Shown in pieces: positions 1 to 9,531 of a stretch of DNA of 64,000 bases. Numbering within the stretch: position 1 is the stretch's first letter; every line of letters begins with the position of its first letter. Under the pieces are notes generated by a model. It made no database searches. It had not been told where the DNA came from and saw nothing but the letters and a program-made list of their open reading frames with translations. This stretch comes from Pelagibacteraceae bacterium. GTDB lineage: Bacteria > Pseudomonadota > Alphaproteobacteria > HIMB59 > GCA-002718135. The position numbers and the translations under genes are program-made. The DNA is taken from assembly GCA_002717485.1 (NCBI GenBank), contig PBDW01000007.1, positions 1,128 through 65,127 on the forward strand, written 5' to 3'.

Positions 1-132
1 GGAGCGGGTTTGCTTATTTATGCTATATCCAGAAAGGATCCTGTTATTATAACAGGTCAACTTTTTGGAATTTTTATATATGCAAGAAATTTAATTTTAA
101 TTTATAATAAAAATAAATATGAAAAGAATTAA
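1..132 (+). CDS. 3' end of a lipid A biosynthesis N-terminal (LAB_N, RgtF-like) membrane protein, partial
   Basis: Not in the ORF track. Frame 1 reads GAGLLIYAISRKDPVIITGQLFGIFIYARNLILIYNKNKYEKN*, matching the LAB_N pattern LLxYAIxRxDPVxxxGQxxGxxIYxRNL. Overlaps the mmsA start by 14 nt. Confidence 0.8.
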   Translation, partial: GAGLLIYAISRKDPVIITGQLFGIFIYARNLILIYNKNKYEKN

Positions 133-1609
133 CAATTACCTTAATGGAAAAGATTTTGCTGGAACTTCAAAGAGTACCTTACCTGTATATAATCCAGCAA
201 CTGGAGAGGTGATTTCAGAGGTTGTTTTATCCAATAAGGATGATTTTGATAAAGCTGTTGAAGTCAGTAATAAAAGCTTTCAAGATTGGTCCCGGAAAAC
301 ACCTTTGTATCGATCTAGAATAATTTCCAAGTATAAAGATTTGCTAGAATCAAATAAAGAAGAATTGGCTAAACTTGTTTCCGAGGAACATGGGAAGACC
401 CTTGAAGACGCAAAAGGCTCTGTCACCAGAGGTATTGAGGTTGTTGAATTTGCATCGGGCATTCCTCATTTACTTAAAGGTGAGTTCTCACAAAATGTTG
501 GTACAAATATTGATTCGTGGTCAGTTAGGCAACCTCTAGGAATATGCGCCGGTATAACACCTTTTAACTTTCCAGCAATGGTTCCAATGTGGATGTATCC
601 AGTTTCAATAGCATGTGGGAATTCTTTTATCTTAAAACCTTCTGAAAAAGATCCATCTTGTTCTATAAGACTGGCTGAGCTTTTTTCAGAAGCAGGACTG
701 CCCGACGGAGTATTTAATGTTTTAAATGGTGACAAAGAGGTGGTTAATTACATTCTTCAATCAAAAGATATAGCATCAGTAAGCTTTGTAGGATCAACAC
801 CAGTCGCAAAGTATATATATGAAGAGTCTGCTAAGTCAGGAAAAAGGGTTCAGGCGCTTGGGGGAGCTAAGAATCATTTAGTAGTTATGCCTGATGCTAA
901 TTTAGATCAAACTGTCGATGGAATTATGGGCGCAGCTTATGGCTCAGCGGGGGAAAGATGTATGGCAGTTTCTGTTGCAGTTGCAGTCGGTAATGTTGCC
1001 GATGATTTGGTAGAGAGAATTCATTCCAAAACACAAAATTTAAAAGTTTTACCTTGGACAGATAATCAGGCGGATATGGGTCCATTAATATCTAAGGAGC
1101 ACTTAAAAAAAGTCACTGATTATATTGCAAAAGGAGTAGAAGAAGGAGCCAAGTTAGTAGCTGATGGCAGAAATTATAAGCTACAAGGCTATGAAAATGG
1201 GTATTTTATTGGACCAAGTTTATTTGACAATGTTAGTAAGGATATGACCATATATAAGGAAGAAATATTCGGACCAGTTCTTTCAGTAGTAAGAGTAAAT
1301 AGTTACGACGAAGCAGTAAGTCTGGTCAATGATCACCCATTTGGGAATGGGGCAAGCGTCTACACGCAGGATGGAGATGTTGCAAGAGACTTTACAACAA
1401 ACGTAAAAATCGGAATGGTAGGGGTGAACGTCCCCATACCTGTTCCTATGGCTTTCCACAGTTTTGGGGGATGGAAGAATTCTTTATTTGGTGCTCATGC
1501 TATGCATGGAACAGAGGGGGTTCATTTTTTTACAAAATTAAAAACAACTACAAGCAGATGGCCTACAAGTATAAGATCAGGCGCAGAATATAAAATGCCC
1601 ACTAATTAA
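119..1609 (+). CDS. mmsA: CoA-acylating methylmalonate-semialdehyde dehydrogenase
   Basis: ITPFNFPAMVPMW, KPSEKDP, SFVGSTP, GGAKNH, catalytic GERCMA, EEIFGPVL. Confidence 0.95.
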   Translation: MKRINNYLNGKDFAGTSKSTLPVYNPATGEVISEVVLSNKDDFDKAVEVSNKSFQDWSRKTPLYRSRIISKYKDLLESNKEELAKLVSEEHGKTLEDAKGSVTRGIEVVEFASGIPHLLKGEFSQNVGTNIDSWSVRQPLGICAGITPFNFPAMVPMWMYPVSIACGNSFILKPSEKDPSCSIRLAELFSEAGLPDGVFNVLNGDKEVVNYILQSKDIASVSFVGSTPVAKYIYEESAKSGKRVQALGGAKNHLVVMPDANLDQTVDGIMGAAYGSAGERCMAVSVAVAVGNVADDLVERIHSKTQNLKVLPWTDNQADMGPLISKEHLKKVTDYIAKGVEEGAKLVADGRNYKLQGYENGYFIGPSLFDNVSKDMTIYKEEIFGPVLSVVRVNSYDEAVSLVNDHPFGNGASVYTQDGDVARDFTTNVKIGMVGVNVPIPVPMAFHSFGGWKNSLFGAHAMHGTEGVHFFTKLKTTTSRWPTSIRSGAEYKMPTN

Positions 1610-1612
1610 TTA

Positions 1613-2584
1613 ATGAAAATTCTTGTTACAGGTTGCGCAGGATTTATTGGCTATCACTTATGTTTAAAATTGTTAGAAAACCCAAAAAATCATGTTTTTG
1701 GAATTGATAATTTAAATAAATATTATGATTTAAAGTTAAAGAAGGACAGGCTTAGTAATCTTAAAAAATTATCTAAGAAATTTAGATTTTATAAAAAAGA
1801 TATATCCAACATTTCAGATTTAAAAAAAATTTTTAAAAATAATAATTTTAATATTGTTGTGCATTTAGCCGCACAAGCAGGTGTTAGGTATTCAATTCAA
1901 AATCCTAGATCATATTTTGAGACCAATATGTTAGGTTTTTTTAATGTTATTGAGCTTTCAAAAGTTCATAAGATTAAACATTTTATATTTGCTTCAACAA
2001 GTTCTGTTTACGGATCAAATAATAATTTTCCCTTAAAGGAATCAGAAAATACTGATACGCCATTATCTTTTTATGCAGCTACTAAAAAAAGTAATGAAAT
2101 TATGGCATACGCATACAGCAATATTTATAACCTTCCTTGTACTGGTTTAAGATTTTTTACAGTTTATGGTCCTTACGGCAGGCCAGATATGTTTTTATAT
2201 TTATTAACAAGTGCCATTAAAAGATCCAAGCGTCTTAATTTATTTAATAAAGGCAATCATTATAGGGACTTTACATATATTGATGATGTTGTTGGAGCAA
2301 TAATTGGTATTATTCCAAAATTGCCATCTTCTAAGGTACCCTTTTCGGTTTATAATATTGGAAGTTCAAGTCCTAAAAATATTAAAAATATATTAAAAAT
2401 GATTGAAAGGATTTTTAATAAAAGAGTCAGAATAAATCTTAAAAATATCCAAAAGGGAGATGTTTTCAAGACTCACGCTGATATTTCCAAGATTAGTAAA
2501 AGAATAAATTTTAAACCTAAGATTAGTGCTAAGGAAGGAATAAATAGATTCGTAAAATGGTATAATCAATACTATAAAAAATAG
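1613..2584 (+). CDS. UDP-glucuronate 4-epimerase (CapI/LpsL-like extended SDR)
   Basis: GCAGFIG, HLAAQAGVRYS, STSSVYG, YAATK, RFFTVYGPYGRPDM. Confidence 0.88.
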   Translation: MKILVTGCAGFIGYHLCLKLLENPKNHVFGIDNLNKYYDLKLKKDRLSNLKKLSKKFRFYKKDISNISDLKKIFKNNNFNIVVHLAAQAGVRYSIQNPRSYFETNMLGFFNVIELSKVHKIKHFIFASTSSVYGSNNNFPLKESENTDTPLSFYAATKKSNEIMAYAYSNIYNLPCTGLRFFTVYGPYGRPDMFLYLLTSAIKRSKRLNLFNKGNHYRDFTYIDDVVGAIIGIIPKLPSSKVPFSVYNIGSSSPKNIKNILKMIERIFNKRVRINLKNIQKGDVFKTHADISKISKRINFKPKISAKEGINRFVKWYNQYYKK

Positions 2585-2684
2585 TCGATTCTTAAGATCA
2601 AATAAATAGACACATTATATATGAAATAAAAAATAACATATTACTAGATATAGTTGTTAGAATCAAAATAATCATATATTTTTC

Positions 2685-2733
2685 TTTACTGTTCATTAGT
2701 TGTACACTATTAATATTGTTCAATAACTGAACA
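2685..2733 (+). promoter_or_regulatory. Tandem palindromic operator TGTTCA-N5-TG(A/T)ACA overlapping a putative sigma70 promoter
   Basis: tgttca-ttagt-tgtaca (2690-2706) and perfect tgttca-ataac-tgaaca (2717-2733), 9 nt before the regulator ATG. TTTACT (2685) and TATTAA (2708) are 17 bp apart. Confidence 0.7.
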
Positions 2734-2742
2734 TATATAGAT

Positions 2743-3108
2743 ATGCCCCAAAATAAAGATAGTATGGATGATTTGAATTTATTAAGAAAAATTCAAACAA
2801 ATCCTGAAGCTTCACAGAGAGAGTTAGCTAAAGAATTGGGATTTAGCTTAGGAAAGGTCAATTATTGTTTAACAGCTTTAAAGGCAAAAGGATTAATTAA
2901 ATTAGATAACTTTAGAAAAAATAACAATAAATTAAATTATTTTTATATCTTAACCCCCAAAGGTTTTGTAGCCAAAACAAAACTTACTTTGCGCTTTATG
3001 AAAATTAAAATGCAAGAATATGATGAATTGCAGGCCGAACTTGAAACTGAAAAAATTTTACATAATAAAAAAAATAAAAACAATAACAAAAAGATAAAGA
3101 TAAAATAA
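2743..3108 (+). CDS. EPS-associated MarR-family transcriptional regulator (MarR_EPS)
   Basis: SQRELAKELGFSLGKVNYCLTALKAKGLIK...NF...YFYILTPKG...K..LT.RF...K..EY..L. Confidence 0.9.
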   Translation: MPQNKDSMDDLNLLRKIQTNPEASQRELAKELGFSLGKVNYCLTALKAKGLIKLDNFRKNNNKLNYFYILTPKGFVAKTKLTLRFMKIKMQEYDELQAELETEKILHNKKNKNNNKKIKIK

Positions 3109-3110
3109 TT

Positions 3111-3608
3111 ATGCATTGGTTATGTTTTAAAACAAATACTAAACAAGAGTTTATAGCAAAATCAGAACTTGTAGCACGAGGATTTAAAATAATTCTACCT
3201 TATTATATGAGGACTATTTCTCATGCTCGTAAAAAAACTACCAAACCATACCCCTTATTTCCTTCTTATGGTTTTTTATATTTTGATGGCGATCTGTCGT
3301 CTCTAAATATTCTTAAATATACAAAAGGAGTTAAAAATTACCTTCATAAATCTGATGGATATCCCAAAATTGTACCTAAGAGAGTCATAGAGTTTATTCA
3401 ATCTTTAAAGCAAGAAGACGGATCATATACTCTGAATTATAGAAATTTTAAAAAAGGAGAAAAAGTTAATATTACCGAGGGAGTTTTTTCAGGAATTTCA
3501 GGCATATTTGATGAACAAGTTGATGATAAACGTTCACTTCTACTTGTAGATTTTTTGGGAAGACTGAATTTTGTTAAAGTAAATATGCAAATGATCGAGC
3601 GCGCTTAG
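3111..3608 (+). CDS. rfaH: RfaH/NusG-family transcription antiterminator
   Basis: NGN domain (PLFPSYGF) and KOW domain (FKKGEKVNITEGVFSGISGIF), placed at the head of a long glycan operon. Confidence 0.82.
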   Translation: MHWLCFKTNTKQEFIAKSELVARGFKIILPYYMRTISHARKKTTKPYPLFPSYGFLYFDGDLSSLNILKYTKGVKNYLHKSDGYPKIVPKRVIEFIQSLKQEDGSYTLNYRNFKKGEKVNITEGVFSGISGIFDEQVDDKRSLLLVDFLGRLNFVKVNMQMIERA

Positions 3609-3662
3609 GCAGTTTGATCATTATTATTTCAAAGCCTTATCACCCTGAGTGCGGAGCTATGC
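3607..3662 (+). promoter_or_regulatory. Putative ops/JUMPstart-like element
   Basis: Relatively GC-rich ctgagtGCGGAGCtatgc resembles ops GGCGGTAGCGTG. It is preceded by an imperfect hairpin (aggc..tttga / tcaaa-gcct) and lies between rfaH and wzz. Confidence 0.45.
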
Positions 3663-3732
3663 TTATTTTACAGAGAATTGAATAAATGCTCGACATTAAT
3701 ACACTTAGATATTACTAATAATCTTTTAAAAG

Positions 3733-4962
3733 ATGAATAATCAGACAGAGCAAAAAAAAGAAATCGATATATTTACTTTAGCTGAAATAATATGGAAGGG
3801 TAAAGTATTTATTGTTTCGATCTCAGTATTTTTATTTGTTGTAGGATATGCATATTCACATTACAGAAATTCAATTTATGAAGGATCTGCAAAGTTTTAT
3901 GCACTGATAGATCACCAATTAGCACCACTATCATTGTTAATAGAAAATGTTTATCAATTAAGTAAAAAGCAAAAACAAATTATAACTAATAAAACAATAG
4001 GAATTGACTCAAATATTATTCTAGAAAGTCGCGGTGCTGATGGAAGTATATTCTCTAATATGTTTACGCCAATGAGTTTTTTTGATATTTTTTATCAAAC
4101 TATTAAATCAAAAGATCTAATTACAAAGATAAATTATAATGACATTTTAGAGAAAATAGACAATAATTTTACTGAAGAGGACTATGCTATTTTACTTAAT
4201 AACTTTTCAGGAGGATTTGATATAAATATTAAAGATAATCCAGGTATTGAAACTGGAGGTAGAGAAATGACTATCTACGTTCAAAATTCAAATAAGAATA
4301 TTTTAGAAAAATATTTGGATACAGTTATCCAAATTGCGCTATTTCAAACAAAACAGCAGATTCTAAATAATATTAATTCTGCCCTAGAAAATTATAAACT
4401 TGCAAGCAAATTGGAGATTCGAAAACTTAGAGAACAAAATCTTCAACTGCAAGCTATGTATGAGGTTAGGACTGAAGACCGCATTACTCAATTAAAGGAA
4501 CAGGCCGAAATAGCTAGAATTATAGGAATCAAAACACCACTTAATTTAAATATACAATCAATTACTACTGCAACTCTTCAAAATTCAGCAGGATCTCAGA
4601 TTTTTAAATCACAGATACCTTTTTATTACAGAGGTTATCTTGCGCTTGAAAAGGAAATCGAGAATTTGAAATCAAGAACAAATATCGATGTTTTTATTCC
4701 TGAACTTAGGAATAATGAAGAGACAATACTAATCCTTCAACGGGACACTTTACCCTATGAAATTTCTGAAAATATAAAGCAAAGTGGCATAGATGATAAT
4801 AGTTTTAATCCAGTTTACTATGAAAAATCTTCAATTTCAATTTCTGAAAAAACTTGGGGAAGTTTAAGACTTGCTTTATCTGGGCTTGCAATAGGTTTAT
4901 TGCTTAGCTTAGTAATTCATATTTTTAGAACACTTTATATCTTAGAGAAAAGAAAAATATAG
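3733..4962 (+). CDS. wzz: Wzz/FepE polysaccharide chain-length determinant
   Basis: EIDIF..IWKGK N-terminus, two TM helices, coiled coil RITQLKEQAEIARIIGI, YYRGYLALEKEI. Confidence 0.88.
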   Translation: MNNQTEQKKEIDIFTLAEIIWKGKVFIVSISVFLFVVGYAYSHYRNSIYEGSAKFYALIDHQLAPLSLLIENVYQLSKKQKQIITNKTIGIDSNIILESRGADGSIFSNMFTPMSFFDIFYQTIKSKDLITKINYNDILEKIDNNFTEEDYAILLNNFSGGFDINIKDNPGIETGGREMTIYVQNSNKNILEKYLDTVIQIALFQTKQQILNNINSALENYKLASKLEIRKLREQNLQLQAMYEVRTEDRITQLKEQAEIARIIGIKTPLNLNIQSITTATLQNSAGSQIFKSQIPFYYRGYLALEKEIENLKSRTNIDVFIPELRNNEETILILQRDTLPYEISENIKQSGIDDNSFNPVYYEKSSISISEKTWGSLRLALSGLAIGLLLSLVIHIFRTLYILEKRKI

Positions 4963-4967
4963 TTTTT

Positions 4968-6290
4968 ATGAACTCAGATTTCAAGTTATCTATCGATAGC
5001 TCGCTGAAGAATGTCCAGGTTTGGCTTATTTATCTGTTACCGCTGGCATTAGTTACGGGTCCTTTTCTAAGTGATTTATTTGCAGTAATCGCCTCAATAA
5101 TTTTTATATATTTTTCAATTAAATCAAAACAATGGTATTATTACAAAAATCCATTGATTATTGTTTTTTGGATTTGGTGTTTTTATCTAATTGTTTTGTC
5201 TCTATTTTCAGACAATCCTCTATTGTCATTAGAAAGCTCTCTTTTCTTTTTTAGGTTTGGTTTTTTTACAATAACTATATGGTACGTTCTTGATAATAAT
5301 AAATTTTTTATAAAAAAATTCACATGGATATTTATTATTATATTTGTTGTCGTTTTACTGGATGGATACCTGCAATTTTTTTCTGGTAAGAATATTTTTA
5401 ATTTACCTTATGATGATGGGTCGGGCGGGATGAGAATATCTGGATTTTTTGGAGAAGAGCAGATATTGGGCAGCTATTTATCAAGATTATTGCCACTATT
5501 GTTTGCTTTAATGATCTCTGTTTATTCATTTTCTAAAAAAACAATATTTTTTTGTTCAATATTAATAATAGCGACAGATGTTCTCATCTACGTTTCTGGC
5601 GAAAGAGTCGCATTCTTTTATTTACTGCTTACTACGATTATAATTTTGACTCTAGTTGGACAAGGAAGTTTAAATTTTAGATGGAAAATGTTTCGCTTAT
5701 TTACTTTTTTATTATCACTTGTAATTATAATTTATATTTCAGCTACAAATAGTTCGACAAAATTTAGAATGATTGACAAGACATTAGATCAGGTAAATAT
5801 TTTTGATAATAAGGAAAGCGAAAATGGAATAAGAGCTTTTTCAATTCAACATCAAGTTCTTTACATTTCAGCTCTAAAAATGTTTGCGGATCATCCATTG
5901 ACAGGGATAGGGCCTAAAATGTTTAGGGAGAAATGCAAAGAATCAAAATATTATGTAACATCTAATGAAGATAGATCATTAGATGGGTGTCAAACACACC
6001 CTCATAATACTTATATACAACTTCTTTCAGAAACTGGATTGATTGGAACCCTGCCAGTGATTTTAGTATTTATGTATATATGTTGGAACTATTTAAAACA
6101 TTTATGGTTTATTATTAAACATAAAAAGAATGCGCTGTCAGATTACCAAATTTGTTTATACGCAGCTCTTTTAATTACTTTATGGCCATTAGTTCCGACA
6201 GGTAATTTTTTCCACAATTGGCTAAACGTTATTTATTTTTTTCCTTTAGGATTTCTTTTACACGATCTTCAATCTAGGGGAAGCAAATAG
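4968..6290 (+). CDS. O-antigen ligase/polymerase family (Wzy_C) membrane protein
   Basis: Many TM helices; RISGFFGEE, SGER, PLTGIGP, HPHNTYIQLLSETGLIG. Confidence 0.85.
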   Translation: MNSDFKLSIDSSLKNVQVWLIYLLPLALVTGPFLSDLFAVIASIIFIYFSIKSKQWYYYKNPLIIVFWIWCFYLIVLSLFSDNPLLSLESSLFFFRFGFFTITIWYVLDNNKFFIKKFTWIFIIIFVVVLLDGYLQFFSGKNIFNLPYDDGSGGMRISGFFGEEQILGSYLSRLLPLLFALMISVYSFSKKTIFFCSILIIATDVLIYVSGERVAFFYLLLTTIIILTLVGQGSLNFRWKMFRLFTFLLSLVIIIYISATNSSTKFRMIDKTLDQVNIFDNKESENGIRAFSIQHQVLYISALKMFADHPLTGIGPKMFREKCKESKYYVTSNEDRSLDGCQTHPHNTYIQLLSETGLIGTLPVILVFMYICWNYLKHLWFIIKHKKNALSDYQICLYAALLITLWPLVPTGNFFHNWLNVIYFFPLGFLLHDLQSRGSK

Positions 6291-6317
6291 TAAAAAATAT
6301 TTGATAAAATAATTTAT

Positions 6318-7379
6318 ATGAAAGAAGATTTTTTAATTAAAACAAAAAAGTGTTTTTGGGGAGATAATTCTTGCCCATCAGAGAAAAAAGATAAGGAGCT
6401 AAAAATTGTCTCTAATACAAACTTTTATGTTGATGCAATTTCTAATGACTTGAACATCAATATAAATAGGCTCAATAACAAATCAAAGATTTTACAATGT
6501 AAAAAGTGTTTTACTACTTATAATAATATTTGGTTTAATAAAATTACAGCCAATAAAATCTACTCAACAATATACGGCCAGCATCATTATGGATGGACAA
6601 ATTATTATAATTTTATAAATAAAAATATAAAGCCTAACCATGGTAATTTATTTAAAAAATTATTTAAAAAAAATAAAAAAATAACTTATGGAGAATTTAA
6701 TTGCCCTTTTTCAGGATTATTTTTTGATATTTTTGATTCAAAATTCAATAATACAGTTCTTTTTAGAAAGAATTTAAACAGGCATATTAATGAATACATT
6801 GCTGGAAGACAACTTGCTGGTTTAAATAAAATAGGTGAAGCTCACAATAGGAAAAGCAGTTTAGCTTTAAAAAGAATCAATAAATTGAAAAATAATAATC
6901 AAAATAGTAATTATCAAGAATTTAAAAAATATTTGGTTACTGATTTTTCTTCAATGTGTTGGGGGCAGAATTGCATAAGTAAATCAGTCAATTGCAAGTC
7001 AAAAGGCCAGGTTTTATTTGAATATGATGTAATAAATATTAATGAAGAGGTGAAATATGATATCAATTTTGATGTGTTTGGTATTTTTATGACCCTAGAT
7101 CACACATTTAAACCTGATACAATCTTAAATTATGCTTTAAAAAATTCAAAGTTGGTAGTTGTACATGCTCATACAAATTTAAATATTACTAAACAACATC
7201 TTTTTTCAATAACAAAGAATTTCATTAATTACCTTAAATCAAAAAAAATATACGTTAAAGATATTACATCTACAATTAACAAAGATATAAGTGCCAATAA
7301 GGGTAAAGATTATTTGGATAATCAAATATATTTTATTTGTTCTAGAAATCAAAATTATATAAATAAGATAAATAATTAA
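6318..7379 (+). CDS. Hypothetical protein, possibly a degenerate Zn-ribbon class I methyltransferase
   Basis: N-terminal Cys (CFW..SCP, QCKKC); FDVFGIFMTLDH resembles FDxIxxxxxLEH; no glycine-rich SAM motif. Confidence 0.45.
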   Translation: MKEDFLIKTKKCFWGDNSCPSEKKDKELKIVSNTNFYVDAISNDLNININRLNNKSKILQCKKCFTTYNNIWFNKITANKIYSTIYGQHHYGWTNYYNFINKNIKPNHGNLFKKLFKKNKKITYGEFNCPFSGLFFDIFDSKFNNTVLFRKNLNRHINEYIAGRQLAGLNKIGEAHNRKSSLALKRINKLKNNNQNSNYQEFKKYLVTDFSSMCWGQNCISKSVNCKSKGQVLFEYDVININEEVKYDINFDVFGIFMTLDHTFKPDTILNYALKNSKLVVVHAHTNLNITKQHLFSITKNFINYLKSKKIYVKDITSTINKDISANKGKDYLDNQIYFICSRNQNYINKINN

Positions 7380-8633
7380 ATGCTTGCTTCAATAATAATT
7401 ACTAATTTTAATTATGGAAAATATATATCCAGGTGTTTAAGAAGTTGTCTAGCTCAAAGCTTATCTAGAGATGAGTATGAAATTATAGTTATTGATGATT
7501 GCTCTAATGACGACTCAGATAATATTATAAAAAGTTTTTTAAATGAGAAAAACTTTATCTACATCAGAAATAAAAAAAACATTGGCGTGGCAGCGGCGGC
7601 AAATATTGGAATTCGTAAATCTAAGGGAAAATTTGTAGTAAGGGTTGACTCAGATGACTGGGTCAGTGTGGAATTTTTGAAATTTCTTGTTTTTTATTTA
7701 GAAGATCATAAATCTGCTTTTTGCGTATCTTGTGACTACAAGTACGTTGATAATAGTGAAAAAATAATTGAAAGAATCACATATCAAGATAATCCTATAT
7801 CATGTGGAGTAATGTACAGAAAGGATTTGTTAATTAAATTAGGCATGTATAATGAAGATTTTAAACATAGAGAAGAAGAAGAATTAAGAGCTAGGCTAGG
7901 ATCATTATATAAAATTCACAACTTAAATATCGCACTTTATAGATATAGAAAACATCAAACCAATAAAACAAAACAAGAGGATATGATGACGCTCTTCAAG
8001 CAAAGACTTGACGATGAATATTCTGCCAGAAAAAAAAATTTAAAAAATTATAAAGGTAATAAAAAATTATTTAATTATATTGTTGCAGTAATACCTGCTA
8101 GATACGGTTCAAAAAGGTTAAAAAATAAAAATATTTTAAATGTCTGGGGAAAACCGATGATACATTGGACAATTAAAGCAGCTAAAGAATCTAAATATAT
8201 TGATGATATTTACGTATCCTCTGAAAGTAAAAAAATCCTTGATCTGGTCAAAGAAATGAATGTTAAAACAATCAAAAGACCTGATTTTTTAGCTAAAGAT
8301 GATGTTTATAAGATGGATACAATTGTACATGCTGTAAATAATATCAAAGAAAATAAAAAACCTGATCTTATTATTAGCTTGCAAGCAAATTCACCTCAAA
8401 TTAAAGCGAACGATATCGATAAAGCAATTGAGCATTTGGTAAAATATTCTAGATCTGAAGTTATTTCAGTTGACGAATATCTAAATCAAAATGGAGCCAT
8501 AAGGGTTATGAGATATCCAACAGTATATGAAAAAACATTAAGTACGTATATAGGTTTTGTTGTTACTGACATATTAGATATTCATACAAAAAAAGATTTA
8601 AATTTAATAAATAAAAAAAATCCACTTCAATAA
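7380..8633 (+). CDS. GT2 glycosyltransferase fused to a NeuA-type cytidylyltransferase
   Basis: N-term SIIITNFN, IDDCS, VDSDD; C-term VIPARYGSKRLKNKN, KRP..LA.D, LQANSP. Confidence 0.88.
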   Translation: MLASIIITNFNYGKYISRCLRSCLAQSLSRDEYEIIVIDDCSNDDSDNIIKSFLNEKNFIYIRNKKNIGVAAAANIGIRKSKGKFVVRVDSDDWVSVEFLKFLVFYLEDHKSAFCVSCDYKYVDNSEKIIERITYQDNPISCGVMYRKDLLIKLGMYNEDFKHREEEELRARLGSLYKIHNLNIALYRYRKHQTNKTKQEDMMTLFKQRLDDEYSARKKNLKNYKGNKKLFNYIVAVIPARYGSKRLKNKNILNVWGKPMIHWTIKAAKESKYIDDIYVSSESKKILDLVKEMNVKTIKRPDFLAKDDVYKMDTIVHAVNNIKENKKPDLIISLQANSPQIKANDIDKAIEHLVKYSRSEVISVDEYLNQNGAIRVMRYPTVYEKTLSTYIGFVVTDILDIHTKKDLNLINKKNPLQ

Positions 8634-8659
8634 ATAATACTAATTTAAATCAGTTAATA

Positions 8660-9520
8660 ATGAAGATAAAAGAAAATAAAATTGAATCATGGGATTTAGT
8701 TATTAAATCTAAATCAGGATGGTTCAACTTAAATCTAAAAGAGATATATCTTTACAGAGATCTTATATATTTACTAATTAAAAGAGATTTTACTACTTTT
8801 TATAAACAAACAATTTTAGGTCCATTATGGTACGTAATACAACCTTTAGTAAATACTTTAGTTTTTACTGTTATTTTTGGAAAAGTAGCACAAATATCAA
8901 CTGACGGAACTCCGCCCTTTATTTTTTATATGGCAGGAACAGTTGCTTGGGGATACTTTGCAACCTGTCTTACTCTAACTAGCAATACATTTGTTACTAA
9001 TGCATCTATATTTGGAAGAGTATATTTTCCTCGAATTACCGTACCAATATCACAGGTTGTAATAAGTCTTTTTCAATTTTTAATTCAATTTATTATTTTT
9101 CTTTGTTTTTTATTTTATTTTTTATTTAAAGGCGCGGATATTCAATTAAATAACTTAGTTCTAATACTTCCTTTAATACTTTTACAAATGGCAATCCTAG
9201 GATTGGGAGTAGGAATATTAATTTCATCTCTGACCGCAAAATATAGAGATTTGACTTTTGCTATGACTTTTGGCGTTCAACTTTGGATGTTTGCAACTCC
9301 AGTTGTTTATCCGCTGAGTATAGTACCCCAAGAATATAGAATGTTAGCAGCATTAAACCCTATGACATCAATTATTGAATTATTTCGCAAATCATTTTTA
9401 GGCACTAGTAGTATAGAAATTGTTCATATAATAATTAGTATTATTATAACGGTCATATTGTTTGTTATCGGCTTGATTTTATTTTCAAGAATTGAAAAAG
9501 ATTTTATGGATACTGTCTAA
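8660..9520 (+). CDS. wzm: ABC-2 polysaccharide exporter permease
   Basis: YRDL..LIKRDF...YKQTILGPLW, VYFPR, YRD, TPVVYP, NPMT. Confidence 0.93.
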   Translation: MKIKENKIESWDLVIKSKSGWFNLNLKEIYLYRDLIYLLIKRDFTTFYKQTILGPLWYVIQPLVNTLVFTVIFGKVAQISTDGTPPFIFYMAGTVAWGYFATCLTLTSNTFVTNASIFGRVYFPRITVPISQVVISLFQFLIQFIIFLCFLFYFLFKGADIQLNNLVLILPLILLQMAILGLGVGILISSLTAKYRDLTFAMTFGVQLWMFATPVVYPLSIVPQEYRMLAALNPMTSIIELFRKSFLGTSSIEIVHIIISIIITVILFVIGLILFSRIEKDFMDTV

Positions 9521-9531
9521 CCATTAGATTT

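Noticed and set aside
40-56. Perfect 7-bp inverted repeat cctgtta-tta-taacagg as a terminator
   Set aside because: It lies inside the LAB_N coding sequence, has a 3-nt loop and no immediate U-tract.
8030-8038. A9 tract in the GT2-NeuA linker (also A9 at 26862 and A10 at 47089) as phase-variation sites
   Set aside because: Such runs are expected in very AT-rich, Lys-rich genes. All frames are intact and no long poly-G/C tracts were seen. Read-level length variation would be needed.
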